Of a DNA stretch of 64,000 nucleotides, positions 1 to 12,806 are shown piece after piece; positions within the stretch are counted from its first letter, which is position 1; each line of letters starts with the position of its first letter. Under the pieces are notes generated by a model. The model was not told where the DNA came from. It searched no databases and saw only the letters and a list, made by a program, of their open reading frames with translations. The stretch comes from Oedothorax gibbosus. Its lineage: Eukaryota. Location: the NCBI GenBank assembly GCA_019343175.1, contig JAFNEN010000097.1:157448-221447 (forward strand), read 5' to 3'. The translations under genes were made by a program, and so were the position numbers.

Positions 1-2140
1 TATTTTTAATTAATCATTGCTGTTAAATACTACTTTCGATTTCTTAAGAATTCTTCACACCTTTTCGAAACAGCCGATGGTTCTCGAATGAATCCTTCGC
101 AATGGATTTAACTGCGACTTCGCATGCAGGTGTGATTCATGCTTACGTTTGCTTTTAGTTAAGCCCTTAAAACTGTGGTGCTTCTGTAAGAACAAAGAGA
201 AAACTTATAAGTTCTCCTTTTTTTCATGCTCGATCTGTTTTCTTCGTCTTCCGACGAAAGTTGGGAGATCACGCGTTTTTCGGAATCGTTTTTTTAAATA
301 GACATTGGCTCTACTAAAGTAGACACAGCAGTGACAACCTTGGCTGAATTTCAACCCCAAGGTTAACAGCTTAGTGAATGCATGTCGGTCTCTATTGGTC
401 AAGAGGGCACTCGATGTGCACTAAATTGGACTCGGATGTGCACTCGATGTGCACCTCGGGATGTAAAAGGAAGCACTACGAGTTCTTAGGACTGTTCTGT
501 ACTTACTTCTTATTATTAGTTAATTTTGAGGGGCTCTCCCTTGGGAAACTTAGGAACTTGTAAGCTTATATTAAGCTTGTACTGCATGCGACGCCGCTAT
601 TCTACGTAAACGGATTGTTCACTCAAAAATCGAACAAGTCTAGAGTTATCTGGGGCTGTGGTGCACGTTAAATCCGTCGTAGTCTAATATGTCTTAACGC
701 CTCGTACCAGGGTTGTCATATTTGCTGCCCCGGTCTATACCCATTACTTGGCTTGGATTTTTACAACTTTTAACCATTATCAAATGAAATATCAATTATC
801 TGTAAAATATTTTTTAAACCTATACTTTACATAAAACTTCACATATAGGAATATTTCATAATACTTTTTTTCATTAAAATCTTCATTATCCAATAATAAC
901 TTACAGGAGCAAAGTTTTACAGATAAGAGTGGTTTAGATTTTGTACAGTTAATGGAGTTTTTTTTCCATCAAATCAAAACTTCTTTAGTTAAAAACAATT
1001 TTTATTTAGATGGTTTTTTTTAAACTAAGCTTTGTTGGATTTGTAATATTTTGCAATGAAAAAATTAAAAATCTGTTCAGGTCAATAGACAACTCACATG
1101 ACTACAGATAGAAATTATAAAAATGACTTAATTTCTTTGTTTTAAGTAATAATAAGTATAAAACTGACTATCGTACTTGTTAAATCTCCTCCATGCCCAT
1201 TATAATTTATTTCTTAATAATAAATCTTTAAATTTGTTGAGTTTATAGGGATAGGTTTAATGCATATATTTTCAATTTGTAGTTTACACGAAATAGAAGA
1301 TTGAAAATAGTTTTTTTTTTTTAAATTTCTATTTTTTTTATAGAATTTTTGAAATCTGACTTGCCGATTTTCTAAGCTTCCCAAATTATTATCGACATTT
1401 AAAGCCTGTATTTATAATTAATTTGCAATTGCAATACATTTGTGTTCTGCCTAGTAATATATTAAGAATTTCAATCATTTCCACCAGTACTATTGTATCG
1501 GCGGATTGGATTAATATACCTTAATACGACGATGTTTTTTTACTCGTCCTTTTAAGCTTACTATTGTTTTTTTTTGCTGTGTAAGAAACATGTTTTTCAG
1601 GAACAGGACCAGACCCCTCAACACTTTCCTTATTTAAAGTACTTTTTGTTAAAAAAAAAAAATCTTCAGTAAAACAAGCGTCATTGTTCATTTCATACGT
1701 GCTCCGTAAGATCAGTTTTAAAGTACAACGAGATAACTTCAAAAGTCTAAAGAAGTTTACCTTATCAGAAATCAAAAATATCATGATTTTTATGCGAAAA
1801 AAAAATAACGTTCTCTCTGTCATTTTCTTAATTAACAACATTTAGTAGCCGTAATTGTCCATTTTCATTAACTTTCTTTCGCAAATTCATTTAATATTAA
1901 TTATCGTTTGTTAAATTAATTTGCAGTTAGAAGAATGAATAGGTAGTAAAATTGATGCTCTAAAAATATATGCGAAACTTTGCGGATTTTTTTTATGCAA
2001 ATTTTTTTTTACAACCCTACTCTGCATCATTATACATATGTAATGAACCATCAAAAAGAACTCTATTCTAATATGTACTAAACGTTAATTGAAAACTGAT
2101 TTATGCCACATAAATAAATATTCCTTCATTTTTTTTTCAT

Positions 2141-2588
2141 TTAAAATAAAGTTTCTCGTCCGTTTGACAAAGTGGCAATAATGGAAATATTGAATAAAAA
2201 TGGCTGTTCTTGTTATTTAAATTTAGCTTAAATTTTTAGTTTTAAAAATTTTAAATATAATTCTAATTCAAATTTTCAATGATATTTGGGATATTAGTTT
2301 GCCTGCTTAAAAACTTTAATATGACGTATCCCACTTGTTTTTGAGACTGGTGGTTCGTTTTGTGAAAGTGGTTGACGGACAAAGCCTTTATAAAAGCTTC
2401 CATTTTTTTTTACGTAATAAACGTATTTTGGAAGCTAAAAGCAGGAAAGACTATAGCCCAAATGTCATTAAAAATAAATTAGAAGCATATTAAAAAAGTA
2501 AATCTCCACATTTATTAAACAAAAAAAAAATTAAATATTTCCACTGTTGCCACTTTGTCAAACGCACAAGAAACTTTATTTAAAATTA
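2141..2588. mobile_element. MITE-like element with ~50-bp terminal inverted repeats
   Basis: Left end is ttaaaataaagtttctcgtccgtttgacaaagtggcaataatggaaatatt. The right end is its reverse complement (ttaaataaagtttcttgtgcgtttgacaaagtggcaacagtggaaatattt). About 450 bp, AT-rich, no ORF. Confidence 0.4.
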
Positions 2589-3751
2589 AAACTTGAGTGA
2601 CTATTTATTTTAGTAATATAAGTCAGTTTGGAATGATGCCTTAGTATATTTCACAATAGAATTTTTTGATGATTTATTAAAAGTTCATGAAGAAAGCGCC
2701 AGAGGAAATTCTAATTTTTTTTGCATAAATATATTTTTCTTTTTTAATTTACTTTTTAGCGAATATAAAGAACGATATTATAATAAGCCTCGCTTATATT
2801 TTTGAAGCAAATAATTGCACTGTCTTTGTATTCTTTGAACTGCAAATTAATTAGCAATATTTTGTTCTTTTGTTTATATATCGTGTGAAAGCGCTTCGAG
2901 GTGACAGTTACTGCTACAAACCTACTTTTTTTAAAAAACATTTTAGTCTTCTACTGTGCAATAAAGCATAAAAATTTGTCGTATTTGTGAAACACTTAGC
3001 AACAGTTATTTAAAACTCTTAAAATAGTTATGTATTTGCATATTATATTTGCATTCAGTTATATTATTTTATTTAGTTAGACCAAATAGTTTGTTTCATA
3101 GTGTTTTTGGTTATAAACTTTTATAATGTAATATTTTTATTTAGCTGGATCATGTTATATATTTGAGAACTTATGAAGCTGACTCTCATATTAAAAAGGA
3201 AGTTGCATCATTCCTTCATAAATATCGACAGTTGGTCAACCCTGAATTATTGTATACTGATGTGGATTTCAACACAAGTAATTTCAGGTATATTTTATTG
3301 AAAGGATATTCTGTAGTGGATAGCGATACTGTATAGTGAATTGATGGTACAGCAAAAATATATGGCACTTTAGCTAAAAATAATTAATAACTCATTATAA
3401 CTAAGATAATAATCAATTTAATATCACAGGTTTAAGTGTCTGTTGTAGAATTTTTTTTACAAGCTAAAGTAATTAGTTATTAAGAAACTGTTTAACAAAA
3501 AATTATCAATGAATAATGCTATCAACTGTGTTTCAGGCTTTTTATTTGTATAAGCCTGTGTTTTTCCAATATGAATGCTCTAAGGATATCTGTTTACAAA
3601 TGTATTTAATTTTTAATTGTTGGTTGAAAATAGTCACTATATTCAAGGTTCAACACCTTTATCTTACCATAGATTTGAATTGTGTTTACTGATGCTGTAA
3701 GTTAAGAATCAAATAGTTTTTTAATGAATTTTTATATATTTATATAGTTTA

Positions 3752-3816
3752 ATGGATACAGATTCTTCAAGTGAGAAAGATGTTTACCTCTGTGGAAATA
3801 CTACCCAGTTAATTAA
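3752..3816 (+). CDS. NWD-like gene exon 1 (putative start codon)
   Basis: Acceptor tatatag| at 3748 and donor |gtaagt at 3817. ATG at 3752. Peptide MDTDSSSEKDVYLCGNTTQLI. The 2-nt carry-over fits exon 2. The start assignment is tentative. Confidence 0.35.
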
Positions 3817-4244
3817 GTAAGTTAATTGCTTACATATATGTCTTTGCAAATGTTTCCCAATACTCTTGGTTCTTTACCAACTCAAATGCTAAAATGATTG
3901 AAACCATAGTAACTTCTATTATTTTTAAATTAAGTTTTTAAAGGGACAGACTTGTATGAATATATATTTTAACTAAAGCTTTGTTGTTGCAATTTACTAT
4001 AAGTATATTATTTAATCTCGAAATACATGTTTTCATACTAGAATGAATTGAAACTTGGTTACCTTTTCTTACTTTCTTGGATTACATTTATTTTATATTA
4101 AGTTGCTGAAAAAAATTCCAAATTATTTATTGCTGGCACATTTATAAATATAATAATTGGGCGTTTTTTTAATTGTTTGCTGGGATTCAATTGTCCATTC
4201 TGTAAGGAATTGTTGATAAACATTTTTTTCTTTTGAAATTTTAG

Positions 4245-4403
4245 ATTTATAGCAGAACGTTCAAGCGGAGAACTACTGACTTGTGTTGAGAATATTGATT
4301 CAAAATATAATCTTTTGGGGGATACTGATTTCAAGCAATCAAAAAATCTGAATAATGTAACTTCTGAATCGGAAATAATTCCAGTGTTGACAAAAGTGCC
4401 CAA
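4245..4403 (+). CDS. NWD-like gene exon 2
   Basis: Acceptor ttttag| and donor |gtgaga. Open frame FIAERSSGELLTCVENIDSKYNLLGDTDFKQSKNLNNVTSESEIIPVLTKVP. Phase joins the DUF4062 exon. Confidence 0.45.
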
Positions 4404-4538
4404 GTGAGAAAACTATTTTATACATTTTATAAATAAATATTTATCTTTTTAAAGAAAAAAAAGCATAAACTAAGTATCGAATCTGTTAACTCTTCCATTT
4501 TAAATAACCAACAATATAATTTTATCTTTAACCATTAG

Positions 4539-4715
4539 GTGGCACACTGTGCGTATTTTTATTTCTTCAACGTTTAAAGACATGCATTCAGAAAGAGACA
4601 TGCTCATTCGTTATGTTATCCCTGAACTACGAAAGAGAGCTGTCTCTCTATTTGTTAAGATAAATGAAGTGGATCTGCGATGGGGTATTACTGAAACAGA
4701 TTATTCTAAAAATCG
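4539..4715 (+). CDS. NWD-like gene exon 3 (DUF4062-like motif)
   Basis: KWHTVRIFISSTFKDMHSERDMLIRYVIPELRKRAVSLFVKINEVDLRWGITETDYSKNR matches the VRVFISSTF...DLRWGV N-terminal motif of NWD1/NWD2 (DUF4062). Acceptor cattag| and donor |gtaaga. Confidence 0.85.
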
Positions 4716-6021
4716 GTAAGATTTTTCTCTATCATAAAACAATGTTTATTATACTTCTAACATCTATTCTTGTTTTTCTTAAATTTGGTATGTAATTGCA
4801 GTTGAATGTAGTCTGCTTTTTAAAATTATTTCCATATAAATGAGTAAATAGTGCATGAAAATTGTTTAAATTAAGGAAAGTTGAACACATATTTTATGAT
4901 TTTTTTTACAGTTCTTTTTAATACATAAGTAGAACACATCTAATTTCGATAAATAGAAAAATTAGTCACGTATGTAGTTTTAAGTATGATAAAGCTCCAG
5001 TTAAATAATTAAAACTTCTATTACTCTACCACTTTTCCACAATTAACAATGAACTAGTTTTTATTTGATGAATCTGATTGTAAAAAGCCATATCATTTAC
5101 CATATTTTAACAATCTTAAAAGCATTGTGTTTATTTTCCATCCATTTTGATTGCTACATTTATTAAAAAAAAGAAAAATTCAAGTAGATTTATCATATTT
5201 TCTTATTTTATGTACATTCTAAATATTTTGACAGACATTGGGTTATTGAACATAATTACTTTATTAGATTATATAAAATTGGTTTAGGTAGTTGTATTTT
5301 GATTTTTGCTCCAATTAAGTTTTTATTACAATCAATGAGTCAAAAATAATAAGTAATTAAATTTAAATGAGAAGTAAGCAATTCACTTGATTAAATTTAA
5401 AAGAAAAAAAATAAGTGATTTATGTAAGTAAATATTGTAACAAAGATTATTATAGTTGATTAAATTAAATATAGTATTTATTATTAATATAGTAGTCACT
5501 ACTTTTACAATTCAATAATTTACAGTAATGATTCCGAATTATATTAGATGTTTCTTAGTAACCCATACATCATTATTTACAATGATTACATTTCAGTATG
5601 CCTAAATTACATATTTTTAAAATACTTTAACCACTGTGTGGTTTTGTTGCTCAGGTGTTCTCCATAACCATCTTTTTTATATTGAATTGACAATTTTCCA
5701 TTTATGCAAACACTCTTGAATTTGAAAAGCAATAATAATTTATCATCAAGTATTTAAATTTTGAGAAGATTTTGTTCTTTAAGAAAAATGTATTTATTCT
5801 GCCACATTTTAGCACTTTCTAAGTAATTGACTAATTGAGGAGGATTTTCACTGTTTAGTTTATATGTTATTTCTAACAATCCCATGACTTGTTTCCTGAA
5901 ATCATTAGTTTTTTGGATTAGGTAACTTGAAAATTTTATTAACTTGATGAACTGTGTTGATAAATTATTTTTATTATATATAAATTGGTGTTGGCATAAA
6001 TGTGTTTTATTTTTATTTTAG

Positions 6022-6261
6022 TACTGCTGAATTGTGTTTGCTTGAAGCACAAAAATCCGATTTGTTTATTGGTATTTTGGGTGACCGATATGGTACAATG
6101 TACAATTTTGATACTAACGTTCCTCAAGACCTGGAATGGGTTAAGGATTGCCCACAAGGACTTTCAATCACAGAATTTGAAATGTATGCTGGTGCCTTAA
6201 ATGAAGACAAATTGAAAGAAAATAAAGCAATGTTTTACATTCGAGATAATTCTTTCTTAAG
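6022..6261 (+). CDS. NWD-like gene exon 4 (DUF4062-like continuation)
   Basis: TAELCLLEAQKSDLFIGILGDRYGTMYNFDTNVPQDLEWVKDCPQGLSITEFEMYAGALNEDKLKENKAMFYIRDNSFL. Acceptor ttttag| and donor |gtagat. The 1-nt start and 2-nt end fit the neighbouring exons. Confidence 0.8.
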
Positions 6262-7038
6262 GTAGATACTTTGTTCATTATTATAAATATGTATCGAATT
6301 TATTTAATCACTTAAATATTTATTTATATAAAATATAACTGATAAACATTTTTTAAAAATCACATTAAAAGTTTAAAAAAAGCTTTTAAATTTTCAAAGC
6401 AGGCTTCAAGCCTGCCAAAGCAGGCCTTGCACTGTGAGAGTTAATTTAAAAGTATGTAGATATATTTCATAAAAGAGACCGGGATAGTGTAATCAACAGA
6501 GAAGTTGTTTTGATGAGTTATAGTTTTTTGCGATACTGGCAGGGGATTCTAAGATACAGCTGACAATAAATAAGCTAGCAAAAACGGCCATCTTTTAATA
6601 CTTTTTTTTACACCTTAGATAATTATTGATTAGATATTAGTTAAAATTAACATTAGATTAAATCTTAACAAATGTTTAAATAAAATTAGGTGAGAAAAAA
6701 TGCATATTTGCTTTGATTATATGATTTTGTATGCAAATTCTTTTGAAGTTTACTGCGTTATTTTGTGCTCAAATAAAAAAAAAGAATTGAATTGGTTAAT
6801 ATATTTAATCTGTTATTTTGTTAAAAAGTATGGTAGTTCATAGTGATATAAACAATTACATGCTTCAAAGAAGAAAAAGAGCAGTTTTGTCAACAAAAAA
6901 ACAAACATTTTTAGGCTCTAAATGAGAGGTCAAATTATTGAATGGACAACAAGAAGTTTCACAGATTTTCAACATATACACAGATTTCTTTTGTGCTGAG
7001 TAGAAAACCTTCTACAGATGTTTTGTTTTTATGTTTAG

Positions 7039-7152
7039 TTTGGTTCCAGAGAAGTGGAAGAGTGTGTTTTTGTCTGAAGATCCTGAATCAAAACAAAAGG
7101 TTGAGGCATTGAAATCTAAAATTCTTGCAAGTGGAATGAAAGTATTTAATGG
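7039..7152 (+). CDS. NWD-like gene exon 5
   Basis: SLVPEKWKSVFLSEDPESKQKVEALKSKILASGMKVFNG. Acceptor atgtttag| and donor |gtgtgt. This is the only frame-compatible acceptor/donor pair in this interval. Confidence 0.6.
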
Positions 7153-7486
7153 GTGTGTAGTTTTTCTGTACATATTTAAAAAGTTTTAATTTCATTTTGA
7201 GTATTTACATGCAAGTCAGTAAGAGGCTTAAAAATATACAATTTAATTTTAATCGAATCTTTTGTATACAAAGTACTGTGCCAAACTAAGCTTTTTTGGT
7301 TTTCCTAAAGCCCTTAGATTTTGGGGAATGTAGGTTGCCATTCTAATTCAACAGTTCCAATATTTAAATTATTTTCATTACCAATTCTAGTAATTTTATA
7401 CTATTTTGAAAACTAAAAAAAATTGTGGATACTTCAATTTTAATCAAAGTTGTTATGCTTAACAATTACTTTTTGTATCATTCCAG

Positions 7487-7604
7487 ATATCCTTGTAATT
7501 TTGCTGGTATTTTAAAAGATAAACCAGTTCTATCAGACTTGGATGATTTTGGTAAAACTGTGTTACAAGATTTATGGAATGCTGTTAAAGAGATGCATGA
7601 CAAT
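7487..7604 (+). CDS. NWD-like gene exon 6
   Basis: YPCNFAGILKDKPVLSDLDDFGKTVLQDLWNAVKEMHDN. Acceptor ttccag| and donor |gtaatg. Confidence 0.75.
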
Positions 7605-7703
7605 GTAATGTATTAAACTTATTTCTATATGTTTTAAATGCATATACATATATGGTATAAAAGATTTTTATATCCTATAATATACACAACTCGCATATTT
7701 CAG

Positions 7704-7880
7704 GACCCTTTTGCTGATGAAATTGCCGAAGAAGTTGATCAGCAACAGCTATTGAATTCCCAAGATCATTTTGTAGAATCAAAAAAATTCCCTTCTGATG
7801 TATTCCTTAAGAAATTACAGAAAGAATGTGGCATTTTTCTCATTTCTGGAACAGCAGGTTCTGGCAAGACTACGTTTGTT
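7704..7880 (+). CDS. NWD-like gene exon 7 (NACHT P-loop)
   Basis: DPFADEIAEEVDQQQLLNSQDHFVESKKFPSDVFLKKLQKECGIFLISGTAGSGKTTFV contains Walker A GxxGxGKT. Acceptor cag| and donor |gtaggt. Confidence 0.85.
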
Positions 7881-8795
7881 GTAGGTTTTTTTAATACTTT
7901 AATCTAAGCTATTAACTAGACAATTAGCATAATTTAAAATCCACACATAGATTGTTTGATCATAACAAAAATATTAGAAATTAATAATAAAATATGTTCA
8001 CTATTCAATATTTGAAAATTTTTCCCTTCCAATATTGGATCTTTAAGACAATCATTTTCTATTAAGTATGACTTTTAAAAAAATTTATTTGAAAAATGTA
8101 TAATGTATGATAGGTATTCATATAGTATTGGAAAATTGTTTTTTTTTAAATATATATATTACTTAAATTAATTTAACTTTAAATTCTTACTTATTTAGTA
8201 TATACATAATTTTTTTCAAATACAATTTTATTCAAAAAACTTGACTTGCATTAATTTTTCTTCTATGCAAGTAAATATTCTTAACTAATTTAGACTTTTA
8301 AAAGAGTAATTGTTTAAGAAGATTTGAGCCTTGAATTCATAAGGACAAAGCCCAACTGGGGCAGCTTTGTGTCAAAAATGAAGGATTTTTTGGCTTGTTT
8401 CAGGTGACATAGTTCCGTTTAGCTTTCATTCCTAAATTTCCTTCAATTGGTGTTCTTTACCCATGTGACATTGATTCACCATTCAAAGCTCAACAAAGAA
8501 TTTGTTTTCAATCAGCTTTTCTATTTCCACTCAAGACATGTAACATGCCCATTGGCTTTGCTAGGATTAAACTGTCAAATAATAAATAATATTTAAATTA
8601 ACCCTTATATTTAATTTATTCTGCATTCTTTCTTTTTTAATTTACTGTGATGTATTTAAAAAAAATTATTTCAAATTTACTCGACCTTTTGGAATTAAAA
8701 AAAAATTCTGTTTAGAAATAACTATTACTACTTATTGATATATTGCCATTTTTTTGCTGGTTAAATTTTAAAAGGATTTTTTTTAATTATTGCAG

Positions 8796-8950
8796 GTAAA
8801 CATGCTGCAAAAACTGAAAAACTTTTCAATTGTTAAATTCTTTATTGGCTTAACTCCAAGATCAACCGACGTTTCATATATGCTACAGTTCATTTGTGAG
8901 TCAATTGCTCGATACTACCCAGTTTCTTCAATGTTTCCTAAAATGACCAA
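8796..8950 (+). CDS. NWD-like gene exon 8 (NACHT)
   Basis: VNMLQKLKNFSIVKFFIGLTPRSTDVSYMLQFICESIARYYPVSSMFPKMT. Acceptor attgcag| and donor |gtaatg. Confidence 0.75.
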
Positions 8951-10114
8951 GTAATGTATTTTCTTTTGATACAAGTAATTATATATTTGTATTTTGTATG
9001 TTTAAATAGTGTGGAAATTTCAACTTTGTTTATAGAATAAATAAACAAAATAAGTGACAGTAATATTAAATTCTGCTATACCAACTATGTAGTGATTCTA
9101 AAACTTTTTGGGTATATTATCCTCTTTTCGAAACATGTTGCTGCCACCTTGCAGATTAAAAAAAAATTAAGAGATTATCATTTTAAAAGAAAATTAAAAC
9201 AACCCAAGCAGTACACTTTTGTTTTGAAAATATTGCAGAAATAAAATTTTGTTTCGTTGCAAAGACGTAAAAAGTCTCAAATGTGTCTTGTCAATTTTGC
9301 ATGGTTTCAAAATGGTTGTAAATTTCTTACTTTTACTTTTGCAACGAAATAGCAACACACTTAAAATCAAACTTGGGACTATTTCCACAACTTCTTAGGA
9401 ATTAAATAGCAGCTTATACATATGAGTTGACTAAAATAGTTAGAAATAAAATCCACATAAAAATGAAATTTCTTCTATGCATGCAGAGAAAAAGGGCAGT
9501 TACTAATACTGCTCATAACCTTTTTTTACTTAATTTTGCATGAAACATCTTTGATACAGTAGGTTATATTACCAAAAAGTTTTGTTTGTTTTAATGAAAA
9601 AATTATTTTTTTAATGAAAATTTTTAACCTTAGACAGATTGTTACTTTCTTTAAATGTGTGAACCTCCTGAAATATTTCAAATAAATTTTTGCTCTTTTT
9701 GATAAACTTAGTGTTTTGTTTGGTAAAATACTTCTTTGAAAGGACTAATTTTTGTACAGGTTTTTAAGATCAGGGTCTTCTTAAACGTTTTTTTTTTTTT
9801 TTAAATCTTTGGCTTAATTCTGCATATCACCTAATTACATTGGATTTATTTTTTATGTGCCAAAGTGTGTGCTGTTACACATCTTACCTCAAAGTTCTCG
9901 AAAAGTTTTCATATTTTGTAGTAGTTTTTGAGAAATGTGAAAAAACATAAAAACTACAATGTGTGTCCATTGTGTCAAACAACTATATTATATTATTATA
10001 AAAATTAGCACTGACATATTCATGCTATAGTATCATGAGATTTAAAAGTTACAAAATGTGTGTTTGAGACAGTAATGACATTTCCCACATGTATTTTTTA
10101 AACATAGTTTTATA

Positions 10115-11285
10115 CAGTAAAACTTCTCGGGAGCGACCACCCTCCATTCTGAGGAAAATGGGTCGTTGAGGGAGGGTGGTCTCTTTGAGAAGTATCATCA
10201 CTGAGCTGCTTAAATGTTCAAATCAATTTTATAAACAATGGTTTGGTATTAAAAATCAAGAAAAGGTATTAAATCCTCATCATTTTATTTATTTTAATTA
10301 TATATGCAGAAAACAAGGTCCTATTTTAACAATACATATTTAACTTACAATCTTTTGAAATAAGGAGGAATTTCTACTTGTTTCATTTTTTTTCAATTTT
10401 TCGGAAAGTATCTCATTTTCCTATTTGTTTTTAACTTCTGAAAAAAGAGTATTTTTTTAAACGTCTTTCGTGTTTTCAAATTTAACATTATAAATTCAAA
10501 TTGTTTCAATGCTTGCTGCGCTGACATAGATTCTCCAAACTTAAAATCACCTGTTTCTTAGACATGTTGAGAGTTCTTTAGCGTAAATAGCAAATGAATA
10601 ATGAATTTTTCGATAACTGTTGCCGTACCCATCTATAGCCTCCCCCCCCCTTCTAGACCTATTATCCCGCCCTCCACAAACACAAGATGACCAACCGCAG
10701 GGCTTTTTTACTGTATCCCCCCCTCCCACCCATTCTGTGAGGTTCTCAACTCTTTGCCATGGGCGATAGCCCTTTACTTGTGTGACAACCCCAGTGACTT
10801 GTTTTTGGAAGGGCGTGTCCAAGCGGGCCAGGTATTTCAACGTACATAATGGATGGCCCTACCTTGTAATTGTTAACTGCAGTTATGTGAAAGAAAGAAG
10901 CTTCCTATTGACAAGTCCGACAATTCATGGAAGGGTCTATCGAAATACCCCTTTTAACACCAACGGAGGGGGGAGGGGCTGACTTTGTTAAACTTTTCAG
11001 GCTGGTGTACTCTTCCTTGTTAACAATGGTTGAAGGCCATTCAAAGAACACGAAAAGTGTGCAAACGATGTACAGTAGTGGTGGGAAAGCTAGATTTACT
11101 TTTTGGAAAATTGACCCCCAGATGCGACCTTAAATCTATCTGGTCGTAACCGGAGGTATGGTCTGGTCCGTTCGAGAGGCATTTTTAACATTAAGCGTAT
11201 AAGGGAAAAAATCGATGCCTTGAAAAATTGCCCGTTTGCGGAGGTGGTCGCTTAATAGAGGTGGTCTTTTGTAGAAGTTTTACTG
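10115..11285. mobile_element. Non-autonomous pogo/Tigger-like element (TA target duplication, CAGT termini)
   Basis: TA|cagtaaaacttctcgggagcgaccaccctcc at the left end and ggaggtggtcgc...gtagaagttttactg|TA at the right end. The TIRs are over 40 bp. The element carries an atypically GC-rich internal segment (C9/G8 runs). It lies in the exon 8 to exon 9 intron. Confidence 0.5.
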
Positions 11286-11651
11286 TAGTAATGATATGAT
11301 ATTTATCTGTATATTTGTGTTCCTTTGTCAGTATTTTAAATATAAAAAAATTGATAATTAAATTGAATGTTTTTTGACATATAATAGCCCTTGTGTAGCT
11401 CTAGAGCAATGCTATTTTAACATCATTCAAAATATGAAAGATATATCCCTGGGACACCAAATTTAACATTTTGAGAAAATCACGCAAATATGGCAGGGGA
11501 TCTTTCTGGGGCAGATATGTGTTGTATTATTAACTATTATTTGTGTTGTGTATTTTGTGTTGAATTATGTACTACTATTAAAAGTTTGTAGTGCATCTAT
11601 TTGTTAATTTCAATTGTTTAATGGGTACTAAAATTGTACATTATTCTGCAG

Positions 11652-11796
11652 AGATATTATTAATCAATTTCCTGACATCCTTCAAGAAGCTCTTAACTCA
11701 TCTGGTGGCAGTAATTTTATCCTACTAATAGATGGCTTAGATCATTTGAAAATTGAAGATCAAATGCTTGACTGGCTTCCTTTAAACCTACCACAG
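11652..11796 (+). CDS. NWD-like gene exon 9 (NACHT Walker B)
   Basis: KDIINQFPDILQEALNSSGGSNFILLIDGLDHLKIEDQMLDWLPLNLPQ. Walker B is hhhhDGLD. Acceptor ctgcag| and donor |gtatgt. Confidence 0.8.
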
Positions 11797-12376
11797 GTAT
11801 GTTCTAATGGGTTTAACTTGTTAATGTGTTTTGCATGAAGAATTTAGTTAAATGAAGATGTGTTTCAAAATGCATAATTATAGCTTAAATTTGAATATGC
11901 AAACAATTGTAACTAAAAAAATTAATATTAGTTGCTTGGTTAAAATAAAAATATACTACACTTTATTTATTTATTTTTAATTCTTTTTGTTAACTTAATT
12001 CACTTTAAATTGCTCCCTATATATGTACTATATGCTCCATGCATCACAATCAGTCATTTTGATTGTGCTTATCATCCCAGGATTTATCCTTGTCATTTCC
12101 CAACCTATTATTTATAAGTGAAAAAATATATACAATAATTTCAAATTAAATTAAAATTGTCAATAGGTTTTGTTCAATTTGCAGGTATTACCTATTTATA
12201 TTTAATACACTTTATTTGCAAAAGTTTGTTCGTGAAATATCACTTTAAAGATTTTATAATAAATATGGGTAATTATATTTGTTTTGACCTTAAATGTACT
12301 GTTTCCTTATCTTACTATTCAGTTTACCCATGCTGGTATTTTTAAAAAGTAATTTATTTTTAATTCATGATTCTAG

Positions 12377-12661
12377 GGCCTCAGACTTATTTGTACTGCA
12401 TCAGATACATCCTATGCTTTTATGAATTTGCGTGAGAGGAGATCATATGGCACAAAAATGCACATTGAGAGCATTGTTGGATTTGCTCAGCAAGACCAAA
12501 AAAGTATTGTAAGACATTATCTGAAGATGTATGGTAAAAAACTTGATGAAAGTGCCTTCAACAACTTAATGCTTCAACTAGTGACAAAGAAAGATAGTGG
12601 TACTCCTTTGTACTTGCGAATAGCATGCGATTTTCTTAGAACTTATGCCTCATTTGAAAAC
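12377..12661 (+). CDS. NWD-like gene exon 10 (NACHT sensor/arm)
   Basis: GLRLICTASDTSYAFMNLRERRSYGTKMHIESIVGFAQQDQKSIVRHYLKMYGKKLDESAFNNLMLQLVTKKDSGTPLYLRIACDFLRTYASFEN. Acceptor ttctag| and donor |gtaagt. Confidence 0.85.
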
Positions 12662-12806
12662 GTAAGTTGATTTTATTTTTCATTTTCAGTAACAAATCTA
12701 TTAAATTTTTTATACATTAAAAGTTTTTTATGTAAAAGCATTTTTACATGATTTTTAAGCCTAATAATATTGTTTGTACTATTCCCAATTTTGTTAATGT
12801 TTTCAG

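Noticed and set aside
1521-1841. 106-aa minus-strand ORF (and similar ORFs at 205-402, 2756-2941, 4098-4403, 5939-6157, 9194-9388)
   Set aside because: They lie in under 25%-GC sequence and translate to K/N/F/I-rich low-complexity peptides. They have no splice or start context and no recognisable motif. These are chance ORFs in AT-rich DNA.
10547-11133. ORFs inside the GC-rich part of the 10.1-kb MITE (97 aa minus, 66 and 68 aa plus)
   Set aside because: They are G/R/P-rich translations of homopolymer-containing sequence that overlap each other on both strands. No motif.
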